Shown piece by piece: positions 8,710-18,346 of a stretch of 64,000 nucleotides of DNA (its first letter is position 1; every line of letters starts with the position of its first letter). The stretch spans positions 10,160-74,159 of the forward strand of contig JBJMUN010000046.1 in the NCBI GenBank assembly GCA_045811185.1, in the 5' to 3' direction. This DNA comes from Sphingomicrobium sp. (GTDB lineage Bacteria; Pseudomonadota; Alphaproteobacteria; Sphingomonadales; Sphingomonadaceae). A program made the translations under genes and the position numbers. Below the pieces are notes generated by a model, which worked only from the letters and a program-made list of their open reading frames with translations, ran no database searches and was not told the origin of the DNA.

Positions 8710-8747
8710 CCCTCGCGCGCGTACGCGCGCGGGGGTGGCGCTTGACG
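8710..8747 (+). promoter_or_regulatory. Perfect 18-bp alternating purine-pyrimidine palindrome followed by a TTGACG -35-like hexamer upstream of gyrA
   Basis: CGCGCGCGTACGCGCGCG at 8714-8731; TTGACG at 8742-8747. The -10 element is not obvious. Confidence 0.5.
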
Positions 8748-8832
8748 AAAACAGTCACTAGGTAAGCCTCACGGGGGGAGCGGCCGTGCGCCGCTGCTCC
8801 TCACGCACATCCAGTTCACGCAGGACCCTTTC

Positions 8833-11649
8833 TTGGCAACGCAGCCCCCCATCGACGAACAGACCCCGCCTCCGGGCGACAGCGGCATCGCGCCGATCTC
8901 CATCGTCGAGGAGATGAAAACCTCCTACCTCGACTACGCGATGAGCGTCATCGTCAGTCGCGCGCTGCCGGACGTTCGAGACGGCCTGAAGCCGGTCCAT
9001 CGGCGCATTCTGCATGCCTGCCAGGAGGCGGGTTATGTCGCAGGGCGGCCTTACCGCAAATCGAGCCGCATCGTCGGCGACGTCATGGGTAAATATCACC
9101 CGCACGGCGACCAGGCGATCTACGATGCGCTCGCGCGCATGACGCAGGACTGGTCGATGCGCGTCCCGCTGATCGACGGCCAGGGTAATTTCGGTTCGAT
9201 GGATCCGGATCCTCCCGCCGCCATGCGGTACACGGAAGCGCGGCTGGCGAAGGTTGCAAACTTCCTCCTTGGCGACATCGACAAGGACACTGTCGATTTC
9301 CAGCCGAACTACGATGCCAGCGAGCGCGAGCCACAGGTTCTCCCCGCCCGCTTCCCCAACCTTCTCGTCAACGGCGCCGGCGGCATCGCCGTTGGCATGG
9401 CGACCAACATCCCGCCGCATAACCTTGGCGAAGTGCTCGCGGCATGCCGCGCCTATATCGACGATCCGGCGATCAGTACCGAAGGCCTGATGGAGCATGT
9501 GAAGGGCCCCGACTTTCCGACCGGCGGCTACATCCTCGGACAATCGGGGATCCGCAGCGCCTACACGACGGGCCGCGGTTCCATCCTCCTCCGTTCGAAG
9601 CACCACGTTGAAGAAGGCCGCGGGGATCGGCGTTCGATCGTCCTCACCGAGATTCCCTACCAGGTCGGCAAGTCTGGCCTGGTCGAGAAAATCGCTGAAG
9701 CCGCCAAGGACAAGAGGATCGAAGGCGTCTCCGATATCCGGGACGAATCGAACCGCGAGGGCGTTCGCGTTGTCATTGACCTGAAGCGCGACGCTACGCC
9801 GGAAGTCGTACTCAACCAGCTGTGGCGGCACACTCCGGCACAGTCGAGCTTCCCGGCGAACATGCTGGCAATTCGCGGCGGCCGCCCGGAAACGCTGGCG
9901 CTCCGCGACATCATCGAAAGCTTTGTTCGGTTCCGCGAGGAAGTGATCACGCGTCGCTCCAAGTTCGAGCTTTTCAAGGCGCGCGAGCGCGCTCACATCC
10001 TGCTCGGTCTCGTCGTTGCAGTCACCAATCTCGACGAGGTCGTCCGCCTGATCCGCGGTTCTGCCAGCCCTGCGATCGCCAGGGAGAAGCTGCTCGAGCG
10101 CGAGTGGCCGATGGAGGAAATCCGGCCGTACATCGCGCTCGTCGAGGCCGTCGAACCGCTAGCCGCGACGACGAGCTACCGACTGTCCGAAGCGCAGGTC
10201 CGTGCGATCCTCGAGCTTCGCCTCCACCGTCTCACCGCCCTCGGTCGCGACGAGATCGGCAATGAGCTTGAAGGCCTTGCCAAGAATATCGGTGAACTGC
10301 TTGAAATCCTGGCGAACCGGGCTCGCCTTTATGAAGTGATGCGGGAGGAATTGGACGAGGTTGAGGCCGAGTTCGCAACCCCACGGGTCACCGAGCTCGC
10401 CCCTGCTGCCGATGGCATCGAGGACGAGGACCTGATCGAGCGCGAGGACATGGTCGTGACGGTAACCGTCGAGGGCTACATCAAGCGCACTCCTCTTGCC
10501 GTGTTCCGCGAGCAAAAGCGCGGCGGCAAGGGCCGTTCCGGCATGGCAACCAAACAAGAGGACGCTGTCACGACGTTGTTCGTGACCTCGACCCATAATC
10601 CGGTACTGTTCTTCTCGAACCTTGGTCGCGTCTACCGCATGAAAGTATGGAAGCTGCCCGAAGGCGGACCGAATACCCGCGGTAGGCCGATGATCAATCT
10701 TCTGCCGCTCGCAAGCGGAGAAACCATCTCGACCGTCCTGCCGCTGCCGGAGGACGAAACGGAATGGGGCAATCTGCACATCATGTTCGCGACGGCGCAT
10801 GGCACAGTGCGGCGCAACAGCATGGCCGCATTCACGAACATCCCGACTGCTGGTAAGATCGCGATACGTTTCGGGGCCAGTGCGGCCGAGGATCTCGAAA
10901 ACGGGGAAGACAGTGACGAGCAGACCGATCCAACCGACCGCCTGATTGGGGTCGAATTGCTCACTGAAGGTGACGACGTTCTGCTCGCAACGCGCCATGG
11001 CAAGGCAATTCGCTTCATGGCCACTGACGTCCGCGAGTTCCAGTCGCGAACGTCGACTGGCGTTCGTGGTGTTCGCCTGCAGCCTGGAGACGAAGTCATC
11101 TCCATGTCGATCCTGCACCGCGTCGGAACTACGCAGGAGGAACGCGAAGCCTATCTGCGTTTCGCTCCATGGAAGGGCGAAAAGGAAGGCGAGTGCTTGC
11201 TCTCCCAGGAACGAATCTCCGAGCTTCACGAAGGCGAGCAGTTCATCCTCACCATTACCGAGAACGGCTATGGCAAGCGCTCCTCGGCTTACGAGTACCG
11301 CCGTACCAATCGCGGCGGCCAGGGCATCACCAACATCGACACCTCGGCCCGCAATGGCTGTGTCGTCGCCAGCTTCCCCGCCCGCCAGGGCGAGCAGCTC
11401 ATGCTGGTTACCGATCAGGGCAAGATGATCCGCACGACGGTCGGCGACATCCGCATCGCCGGACGCAACACGATGGGTGTGACAATCTTCAAGGTCGCCG
11501 ATGGTGAGCATGTCGTCAGCGTCGCGAAGATCGAGGAAAGCGACGAGGAAGAGATTGAGATCGAAGGCGGCGATGAAATTGCGCCGGTCGACGATGCAGT
11601 GGTCGGCGAAAGCGAACTCGAGAAGTCTGCCGACCCTGACACTGAATAG
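8833..11649 (+). CDS. gyrA: DNA gyrase subunit A
   Basis: [32 protein letters not shown] (catalytic Tyr), GyrA-box QKRGGKG, acidic tail; TTG start. Confidence 0.98.
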   Translation: MATQPPIDEQTPPPGDSGIAPISIVEEMKTSYLDYAMSVIVSRALPDVRDGLKPVHRRILHACQEAGYVAGRPYRKSSRIVGDVMGKYHPHGDQAIYDALARMTQDWSMRVPLIDGQGNFGSMDPDPPAAMRYTEARLAKVANFLLGDIDKDTVDFQPNYDASEREPQVLPARFPNLLVNGAGGIAVGMATNIPPHNLGEVLAACRAYIDDPAISTEGLMEHVKGPDFPTGGYILGQSGIRSAYTTGRGSILLRSKHHVEEGRGDRRSIVLTEIPYQVGKSGLVEKIAEAAKDKRIEGVSDIRDESNREGVRVVIDLKRDATPEVVLNQLWRHTPAQSSFPANMLAIRGGRPETLALRDIIESFVRFREEVITRRSKFELFKARERAHILLGLVVAVTNLDEVVRLIRGSASPAIAREKLLEREWPMEEIRPYIALVEAVEPLAATTSYRLSEAQVRAILELRLHRLTALGRDEIGNELEGLAKNIGELLEILANRARLYEVMREELDEVEAEFATPRVTELAPAADGIEDEDLIEREDMVVTVTVEGYIKRTPLAVFREQKRGGKGRSGMATKQEDAVTTLFVTSTHNPVLFFSNLGRVYRMKVWKLPEGGPNTRGRPMINLLPLASGETISTVLPLPEDETEWGNLHIMFATAHGTVRRNSMAAFTNIPTAGKIAIRFGASAAEDLENGEDSDEQTDPTDRLIGVELLTEGDDVLLATRHGKAIRFMATDVREFQSRTSTGVRGVRLQPGDEVISMSILHRVGTTQEEREAYLRFAPWKGEKEGECLLSQERISELHEGEQFILTITENGYGKRSSAYEYRRTNRGGQGITNIDTSARNGCVVASFPARQGEQLMLVTDQGKMIRTTVGDIRIAGRNTMGVTIFKVADGEHVVSVAKIEESDEEEIEIEGGDEIAPVDDAVVGESELEKSADPDTE

Positions 11650-11697
11650 GGTCGCACCCCTTCTTTCCTTTCGTCGCGATTAGGCAGAAATAGGACC

Positions 11698-11718
11698 GTG
11701 CCGGGCGAGGCCCGGCAC
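11698..11718 (+). terminator. Hairpin downstream of gyrA (putative terminator)
   Basis: GTGCCGGG/CCCGGCAC stem; no U-tail. Confidence 0.4.
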
Positions 11719-11741
11719 GCCTGATCGTGCGACGAGCCGCA

Positions 11742-11767
11742 GCAACCCGTCACCGCATCTTCGCGTT
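11742..11767 (+). promoter_or_regulatory. Putative sigma-EcfG promoter of the host-attachment gene
   Basis: GCAAC-N17-CGTT, 38 nt before ATG 11805. Confidence 0.55.
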
Positions 11768-11804
11768 CTCCTAGGCAAGAGTTTTGAGTAGGAGGAAACG
11801 TCAA

Positions 11805-12272
11805 ATGCCCCTTCCCCATAATGCGCTGGTTCTGGTCGCCGACGGCCGCAAAATGCTGTTCTTTCGAAACTACGGCGACGGTAACCAGATCGATCTCCGC
11901 ACCGAAGCGCATGACCAGAGGGAAGATTTCAAGGATCGCGAGCTAAGGACGGACGCCCGCGGGGCCAAAGGCTCCTCATGGGCGGGAACCACGGACACCA
12001 CCGGTGAAACGGACTTCCATGAGCAGGAGGAGGTTCGCTGGATCGAGGAAGCAGCGGAAGAGCTCAAGAGACGTGCATTGCGCGGCGATTTCGAGGCGCT
12101 CGCAATCGTGGCCCCGCCAAAGTCGCTCGGTACGCTCAGAAAGAAGCTTCACAAGGAAGTCGAGAAACGCATCGTCTGCACTGTGAACAAGGAGATGAGC
12201 GGACGCCCGATTCCCGATATCGAAGCGCTCCTCGACGGACATACGGCCCCGGAGGAGCTCCCGGCCGTCTAG
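11805..12272 (+). CDS. Host-attachment family protein (AtsE-like, bacterial eRF1-related baeRF12 type)
   Basis: SD AGGAGG then MPLPHNALVLVADGRKMLFFRN; TDFH..EE..W; LAIVAPPKSLGTLRK. Confidence 0.82.
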   Translation: MPLPHNALVLVADGRKMLFFRNYGDGNQIDLRTEAHDQREDFKDRELRTDARGAKGSSWAGTTDTTGETDFHEQEEVRWIEEAAEELKRRALRGDFEALAIVAPPKSLGTLRKKLHKEVEKRIVCTVNKEMSGRPIPDIEALLDGHTAPEELPAV

Positions 12273-12934
12273 CTTCGCGACGAGAGCCGCGAGGCAAGCC
12301 TCAGCGCGAGCCGGGCCCGCTCGGTCTCGCGCGGCAACCCTTCGATCGCTTCATAACCGCCGATCGAAATGATTTTGGCCGCAAGTCTTTCGCGGTCCAT
12401 CGTCTTCAGCTCCGCCGCTTCGCTCAGCAAGGCTTCGATAAGGAGCTCATAGCCTTCGACCGTCGCAGCCCACTCGGGAACGGTTGTTGCAATCTGCAGT
12501 GGCGAGGGCAGTGCAACAGGCGTCACGCGGGCAAAGGCCAGTGAGCCCATTACCCAGAGGCCAAAGTAGGCGCTCCAGGTGAGGCTCCACAACAGGTTGA
12601 CGTCGAACCCCTGGGGTACGCTGAACACCAGTTCGTCGATCGTGACTCGAACGATCATGATTGCGAGCGTCGCTGCAGCAATCCAGACGAGCGTGGTGCG
12701 AAATGTCAGCCGGATGCCCGACTGGAGCTGCTTTAGAACAAGGAAATAGGCACAAGCTCCGACCGTGACGGCGAGAAGCCGGTTGTCGTCGATCGTCTGA
12801 CCCCAGTCATCGTGGAAGATAGCGCCGCGTATGGTCAGCAGGACATAGCTGAACGCCCAGAACAGTGCCGTCATTCGAAGAATCCGGGGAGGAGCGCTCG
12901 GGCTCCGCGAACCGTAAGCAAGACTTGCAGACAT
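12269..12934 (-). CDS. Hypothetical 4-TM membrane protein with a soluble C-terminal helical tail
   Basis: Four hydrophobic segments (ALFWAFSYVLL, LLAVTVGACAYFLVL, LVWIAAATLAIMIV, LLWSLTWSAYFGLWVMG). The start could be 12874. Confidence 0.7.
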   Translation of the reverse strand: MSASLAYGSRSPSAPPRILRMTALFWAFSYVLLTIRGAIFHDDWGQTIDDNRLLAVTVGACAYFLVLKQLQSGIRLTFRTTLVWIAAATLAIMIVRVTIDELVFSVPQGFDVNLLWSLTWSAYFGLWVMGSLAFARVTPVALPSPLQIATTVPEWAATVEGYELLIEALLSEAAELKTMDRERLAAKIISIGGYEAIEGLPRETERARLALRLASRLSSRS

Positions 12935-12949
12935 GGCGATGCCGCTAGC

Positions 12950-12979
12950 CTAACTTTCGCCGCTCGATGCTAACTTTCG
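12950..12979 (-). promoter_or_regulatory. 10-bp perfect direct repeat, LytTR-type operator candidate
   Basis: CTAACTTTCG at 12950-12959 and 12970-12979; on the minus strand CGAAAGTTAG-N10-CGAAAGTTAG. Confidence 0.5.
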
Positions 12980-13010
12980 TTAAGTAGGCGCAGCGGTTCG
13001 ACGAGCGGAG

Positions 13011-13036
13011 TGCCCGGCCTGTGATCCGGCCGGGCA
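13011..13036 (-). terminator. Hairpin after the DUF4142 gene
   Basis: TGCCCGGCC/GGCCGGGCA 9-bp stem. Confidence 0.45.
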
Positions 13037-13043
13037 ACTGGCG

Positions 13044-13631
13044 TCAGCCGCGTTCGCCGGAGCGCCGTACCGGCGGTGGGGGGGCCGCCGGTGGCGGCGG
13101 TGGCGGTGGCGGCGCGACCTGCAGCATTTGGACCTGGCTGAGGTGATTCTGAACGACAGGCACGATCTGCCCGGCGACCGTGCGCAAGGCGGGTACGTCG
13201 CCACCGCTTGCATAATTCTGGTGCAGCGACAGCGCCTGCTCGTGCGCCTGGATCTGCGCCTGCTGGAATGCCATGTCGAAAGACGAGCCCGTACCCGAAG
13301 CGCGAAGCTGGTCGAGTAAGGCCTGCTGCGCCGGCATCAATGTTGGCGCAGGAGGCGTCAGGCGCGCCGAGGCGGCGGCTGCGCCGATCATTTGCGACGA
13401 GCGGGTGTGATCAGCAATGATCATATTGGAGAAATTGCGAACGCCCGGGTTCTGCGATGCCTGGAGAGCGAGCTGACCGGACTGGATCTCGAACTGGTCG
13501 GCACTTGCGGCCTGCGCCATGTAACCGGGGGCCAGAAGTCCGTTGCTGAGGTCGATCGGTTGCGGCGGCGTCCTCGGTGCGCATGCGGCAAGCGCCAGCG
13601 TCCCCGCGATCAGGATGCCCACTTTCCTCAT
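13044..13631 (-). CDS. DUF4142-domain lipoprotein with Pro-rich C-terminus
   Basis: Lipobox LAAC; AASADQFEIQSGQLAL, MIADH, FDMAF...QIQAHEQAL, VQNHL. Confidence 0.88.
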   Translation of the reverse strand: MRKVGILIAGTLALAACAPRTPPQPIDLSNGLLAPGYMAQAASADQFEIQSGQLALQASQNPGVRNFSNMIIADHTRSSQMIGAAAASARLTPPAPTLMPAQQALLDQLRASGTGSSFDMAFQQAQIQAHEQALSLHQNYASGGDVPALRTVAGQIVPVVQNHLSQVQMLQVAPPPPPPPPAAPPPPVRRSGERG

Positions 13632-13668
13632 CGACGTTCTCCCTTTTTGATAGGTATTGCGCGGGGGA

Positions 13669-13693
13669 AACCGGCCAGCTTTCGAGCGGTTCC
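13669..13693 (-). promoter_or_regulatory. Putative sigma-EcfG promoter of the DUF4142 gene
   Basis: Minus strand GGAAC-N16-GGTT, 38 nt before ATG 13631. Confidence 0.65.
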
Positions 13694-13712
13694 TACAGCT
13701 AATCCGGGGGAA

Positions 13713-14144
13713 TCAGGCGTAGAGGTGAACGACCTCCGCGTCACTCGCGACCGTGTCGAGCAGCAGGGTGCGATGGCAGTGGGCAGGCTCCCGTTCCATG
13801 CAAAGAAGTGCGCTGGGCTTCTCGAGCGCCATTTCGAGCATGATTGCGGATTGGGCGATAGCGTCCGGCAATTCGAGCTGCCCTGCGTAGATGCGCTCGA
13901 GATCGGCATGCCGCCCCGCCCGCGCGGCGGCGCGTCCTTCGGCCGGCGTTCCGAGCGCTTTCAGGTGCACATATTCTATCCCGGCCTCTTCGAGCGCCCC
14001 TCGAAGTGGAGATTTGGAGAATCCAGGCCGACGAGACAGCGGCAGCGCGCGGACGTCGATCACTCGCTGAACGCCGGCGCTTTGAAGAGCGGCGATGAGT
14101 TCGCCCACTGTCGTGCCCTCGTAACCGATCGTGAAAATGCGCAT
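13713..14144 (-). CDS. DUF488 family protein
   Basis: IFTIGYEG, VIDVRALPLSRRPGFSK, YVHLKALG, ALLCMEREPAHCHR. Confidence 0.88.
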   Translation of the reverse strand: MRIFTIGYEGTTVGELIAALQSAGVQRVIDVRALPLSRRPGFSKSPLRGALEEAGIEYVHLKALGTPAEGRAAARAGRHADLERIYAGQLELPDAIAQSAIMLEMALEKPSALLCMEREPAHCHRTLLLDTVASDAEVVHLYA

Positions 14145-14158
14145 GCCAGGATCAAACC

Positions 14159-16150
14159 CTAGATTTGTGAAAGGTCTACACCAGCTCTTTCGAGCGCGTC
14201 CTTAAGAGGCTGCAGCGCGCCGATGTAGGGCGCCGTCGAACTCATCAACTCCCTCGACGGCGGTTTGCGGATTTGTGCCGTGCTCAGCGTCGTTACTATG
14301 TTGTCGCTCCTGAAATAGGAGAGACAGTTCGGATCCCATTCGAGCCCGCCGTACGCGAGCAGCCGCCGCAGCTCGCCTTCCATATCGCACACCAGCTGCT
14401 CGTACTGGACGGTCGCCAGCTCGGCACCAAGGACGCTCTGCCAATGCTCCATCAATCGCGCATATTGGCCATAATAATGTCCGATATCCGCCAACGCCGT
14501 CGAAAACGGCCATGATTTGGTGAAGTTGTTTCGGTAGATGGAGAAGGCAGTTTCGAGAGGATTTCGGCGGATGTGGATCACTGCGGCATCTGGAAAAAGG
14601 TGACGGATCAAGCCTACCGCCAGGAAGTTGATCGGCTGCTTGTCAGTGATGAAACTTGCAGTTCCAATTCGATAGTCCTGATATTGGCTGAGGTAGCTGT
14701 CACGCATCTGCTGCGAAATCGAGCCGGGAATGGCGCCCCCTTGCCAATTGGCGCCCTCAGCCCAGTCAAGGAACTGGGTAAGTAAAGCGGGCATCGCCGG
14801 CAATTCGCCGCCCGAAGATATTTTTGCGTGAGCTCCGAGCGCGCTCTCGAGCAACGTCGTGCCCGATCTTGGCATGCCCACGATGAAAATCGGTTTGGGC
14901 GCGGCACTGGAGGCCGGCATCGTATTGGAGGGCACGTGGTCGAACCCGGCGATCAAGCGATCGACCAGTTTTTCGGTTGCGCCTGGGTCATAACGCCAAT
15001 TTCCAGACGGAGCGGCTGCGTCGTGCTTGAGCTTGTTAGCCCGCTCCCACGCATCGAACGCAGCATCATGTTCGCGGCGCCGATGATAGACATTTCCAAC
15101 GGTAAACCAGGCGATCGCCCGGCGATCATCTTCCACTTGGGAATCCATCGCAACCGCATGCAGGCGCGCCAAGTCTTCCTCTGACAAGTGCGCGTTGTCG
15201 GCGAGTGCCAACTGAGCGTAGGCTTCGACGTTGGCCGGATCCGATAGGATGGCTTTACGGGCGAGATCGGCGGCTTCGGCGAACTTGCCTTTGTAGACGT
15301 TCAGTCTCGCGAGCCCGGCAGCCGCTCCGGAGTGGCCGGGGTCGGTCTCCAGCGCACGCTTGTAGAATTGTTCGGCAGCATCGAAGTCGCGCGACCAGAG
15401 CAAATATTGCGCGAACGTTGCCAAGTGATCGGCATCTTGCGGCTTGGCGACGACGAGTGGGCGGTAGATCTCGACCGCGGCGTGAAAATCGTCGCGTTGA
15501 GCGTGGCCAAAGGCGAGAGCCACCCGCGCCTCTTCATTTGCCGGATCCGCGGCCAGCCATCGGCTTGCCAAGGCCAAAAACTCGTCTGAAGCGTTTCTCT
15601 TCCGCGCGACGTGCGTCCGCAGCCGAAGGGACTCGGGTCGCCCGGGCGCAACTCTTTCAAACTTGTCGAGCGCATCAGCGGAGAGTTCGTACCGGCCGGT
15701 TTCATAAGCGGCTCCCGCAAGGAGCAGTGCCATTCCAGGATGATCGGGCTTCAGGGCAACTGCCTTCTCGAGCGCTACAACTGCGCGGTCCAGATCCCCT
15801 TGTTTGCCGTACAACTGACCCAAACGACCCCAGGTTTCGAATTGATCAGGCGCTATTGTCGCTGCTTCAGTCGCCCGTTCGATCGCTTCGTCGAGGCGAC
15901 CCTCTGCCTCCCGGAGAACGGACAGGTTGAGCAGGAGACGCCAATTTCCGGGCTCTGCGGAGACGGCTTCCTCAATCAGCGGGCGCGCTTGGTCGACGTC
16001 ACCAGATTCGGCGATGCACAGGCCGACGAGGCTTTTCGCGCCGTGATCCGTCGGATCAGCAGAAAGGATCCGCCTGCAAATTCCCAAAGCCGCTGCGACA
16101 TCCCCTGATCGACGTGCGCTATAGGCTTCGCCGAGGCTTGCATCATTCAT
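14159..16150 (-). CDS. TPR-repeat sulfotransferase family protein
   Basis: About 10 TPR-like repeats, then the PAPS-binding loop IFIVGMPRSGTTLLE, DKQPINF and IHIRRNPLETAFS. Start taken at ATG 16150 (MNDASL). Confidence 0.88.
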   Translation of the reverse strand: MNDASLGEAYSARRSGDVAAALGICRRILSADPTDHGAKSLVGLCIAESGDVDQARPLIEEAVSAEPGNWRLLLNLSVLREAEGRLDEAIERATEAATIAPDQFETWGRLGQLYGKQGDLDRAVVALEKAVALKPDHPGMALLLAGAAYETGRYELSADALDKFERVAPGRPESLRLRTHVARKRNASDEFLALASRWLAADPANEEARVALAFGHAQRDDFHAAVEIYRPLVVAKPQDADHLATFAQYLLWSRDFDAAEQFYKRALETDPGHSGAAAGLARLNVYKGKFAEAADLARKAILSDPANVEAYAQLALADNAHLSEEDLARLHAVAMDSQVEDDRRAIAWFTVGNVYHRRREHDAAFDAWERANKLKHDAAAPSGNWRYDPGATEKLVDRLIAGFDHVPSNTMPASSAAPKPIFIVGMPRSGTTLLESALGAHAKISSGGELPAMPALLTQFLDWAEGANWQGGAIPGSISQQMRDSYLSQYQDYRIGTASFITDKQPINFLAVGLIRHLFPDAAVIHIRRNPLETAFSIYRNNFTKSWPFSTALADIGHYYGQYARLMEHWQSVLGAELATVQYEQLVCDMEGELRRLLAYGGLEWDPNCLSYFRSDNIVTTLSTAQIRKPPSRELMSSTAPYIGALQPLKDALERAGVDLSQI

Positions 16151-16297
16151 GTCGAAGCGGCCCTTGAATTGAAACGAGTGGCGATCGCGCCGGCTGATTT
16201 TTAGTGTCCAAGCAGGCGAGCAATCCGGTCTGGCCAAGCGTCAAACATCGTGCCGGGCCTATTTGGTCGCCTCGGCACTTCGGGCTAAGGCGGCGCC

Positions 16298-17626
16298 ATG
16301 ACCGATGTCAACATTATCGGCGGTGGACTCGCAGGCAGCGAGGCGGCGTGGCAGCTGGCCGAAGCGGGATTTCGGGTCCGATTGAGCGAAATGCGAGGGG
16401 GCGAGGACACGACGCCCGCGCACGAGACCGATCGGCTCGCCGAAATGGTGTGCAGCAACAGCTTTCGTTCCGATGACGCGGAGCACAATGCCGTGGGTCT
16501 GCTGCATCAGGAAATGCGCGCGCTGAACTCGCTCATCATGCGGGCTGGAGATCGGCACCGGGTTCCCGCTGGTTCCGCGCTCGCGGTCGATCGCGAAGGG
16601 TTTGCTGACGAAGTCACGCGAACCATCGAGCAGCACCCCAGAATCAACGTGGTGCGGGAACGCGTCGACACCCTGCCCGATCATCCGGCGATCATTGCCA
16701 CCGGGCCGCTGACCGGCTCGAAGCTCGCGGAGAGCATCGCCGCCGAGAGCGGCCAGGGGGCACTCGCCTTTTTCGATGCCATCGCTCCAATCGTTCACCG
16801 CGACAGCGTCGACATGGACGTTGCGTGGATGGCTGCCCGCTGGGACAAGGGCGGCAAGGATTATATCAACTGCCCGCTGGACAAGGATCAGTACCAGGCA
16901 TTCGTCCAGGCGCTCGTCGACGGCGACAAGATGCCATTCAAGGACTGGGAAAAGGACACGCCCTACTTCGAAGGCTGCATGCCGATCGAGGTGATGGCCG
17001 AGCGTGGGCCGGAGACGCTGCGCCATGGTCCGATGAAGCCGATGGGGCTCGACAATCCGCGCACGGGACGGTGGCCCTATGCCGTCGTCCAGCTGCGCCA
17101 GGACAACGCACTCGGTACCTTGTGGAACATGGTCGGCTTCCAGACCAAGCTCAAGCATGGCGAGCAGGTCCGGATCTTCCGCACGATACCGGGACTTGAA
17201 AACGCGGAGTTTGCGAGGCTCGGCGGCATCCACCGCAACAGTTTCATCAATTCCCCGAGGTTGCTGGATGGCGAACTTCGCCTGAAAAAGAAGCCCAACA
17301 TCCGCTTCGCCGGGCAGATCACTGGCTGCGAGGGCTATGTGGAGAGTGCCGCCGTGGGTATCCTCGCTGCGCGTTTCGCAGCGGCCGAGCTTCGCGGCGA
17401 GAGCGTCCCACCCCCGCCCGTCGAAACGGCGCTCGGCGCCATCCTCAACCACATAACCGGAGGCGCGGACGCGGACACGTTCCAGCCGATGAATGTCAAT
17501 TTCGGCCTCATGCCGCCCATATCCGGTCGCTGGAAACGGGTTGATCGCAAGAAAGCCTATACGGATCGCGCCCGTGCAGCCCTTGCCGATTGGCTCGACC
17601 GGCTGAAGATCAGCGAACCCGCCTAA
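16298..17626 (+). CDS. trmFO: FAD/folate-dependent tRNA (uracil-54-C5)-methyltransferase
   Basis: [57 protein letters not shown]. Confidence 0.97.
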   Translation: MTDVNIIGGGLAGSEAAWQLAEAGFRVRLSEMRGGEDTTPAHETDRLAEMVCSNSFRSDDAEHNAVGLLHQEMRALNSLIMRAGDRHRVPAGSALAVDREGFADEVTRTIEQHPRINVVRERVDTLPDHPAIIATGPLTGSKLAESIAAESGQGALAFFDAIAPIVHRDSVDMDVAWMAARWDKGGKDYINCPLDKDQYQAFVQALVDGDKMPFKDWEKDTPYFEGCMPIEVMAERGPETLRHGPMKPMGLDNPRTGRWPYAVVQLRQDNALGTLWNMVGFQTKLKHGEQVRIFRTIPGLENAEFARLGGIHRNSFINSPRLLDGELRLKKKPNIRFAGQITGCEGYVESAAVGILAARFAAAELRGESVPPPPVETALGAILNHITGGADADTFQPMNVNFGLMPPISGRWKRVDRKKAYTDRARAALADWLDRLKISEPA

Positions 17627-17676
17627 TTATCGGAAGATGCTGCCCGACCTCTAACCGGTCGATGGACGATCTTCTG

Positions 17677-18339
17677 TCAGCCGCGGGGGAACGTCCCAAG
17701 CGCGCCGTGCCGAAGCGCGGCGCCAAAGCGGCGCCAAGGGCTGACCTTGGCCGCGCGTTCGCCGGTAAGCAGATCGCGTGCAGCAATCGCGCCCAGGACT
17801 GTCAATCGACGAAGATTTCGCGGCACGGCTTTGGGAAGTCGCTCCAGCAGAGATCGAGCCTCACCACGCAACACCTTTCGCGATACAGCGTCGCTGCAGT
17901 GGCGTGCGCCATCGACCAGCGACCACAGCTCGCCGGCTGAGTTCACGACGCTGGGTTCGCCGCAAAGCAGCCGTGCCCCAACGCCAAAGAGGATCCGGCC
18001 GCGAAGTTTAAGTCCAGCCGCCTGCCGTTCACCCCAAGGGAACGCCTCGAGCAGCGGCAGCCATGCGTCCTCAAGCTGCGATAGTTCCTCGGCTCCGATG
18101 CGACGCGACAAAAGCTCGCTTACCACCCTGACAAGCCTCGGCTCCGCCGGCGGCGCCCCGCTCGCTTCGAGTTCCTCAATTCGTTCGCGCCACCAGGCAA
18201 GGCGGATTGCGCCAAGCCGCGGATCGCTGCTCGTCGCCACCACATCGGCAAATGCGAGGTCCAGGTTCCAGAGGGCGGAAAAGGCCGGCCGTATCTCTCG
18301 CGGCAGCTGCTCGAGCGCTATCTCGCGGTCGGAATCAAG
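17677..18339 (-). CDS. Squalene/phytoene-synthase-fold protein (NDUFAF6-like); start codon unresolved
   Basis: The frame stays open upstream of the GTG and reads LDSDREIALEQLPREIRPAFSALWNLDLAFADVVATSSDPRLGAIRLAWWRE. IRLAWWR is typical of this family. Confidence 0.65.
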   Translation of the reverse strand, partial: LDSDREIALEQLPREIRPAFSALWNLDLAFADVVATSSDPRLGAIRLAWWRERIEELEASGAPPAEPRLVRVVSELLSRRIGAEELSQLEDAWLPLLEAFPWGERQAAGLKLRGRILFGVGARLLCGEPSVVNSAGELWSLVDGARHCSDAVSRKVLRGEARSLLERLPKAVPRNLRRLTVLGAIAARDLLTGERAAKVSPWRRFGAALRHGALGTFPRG

Positions 18340-18346
18340 CCTCCGC

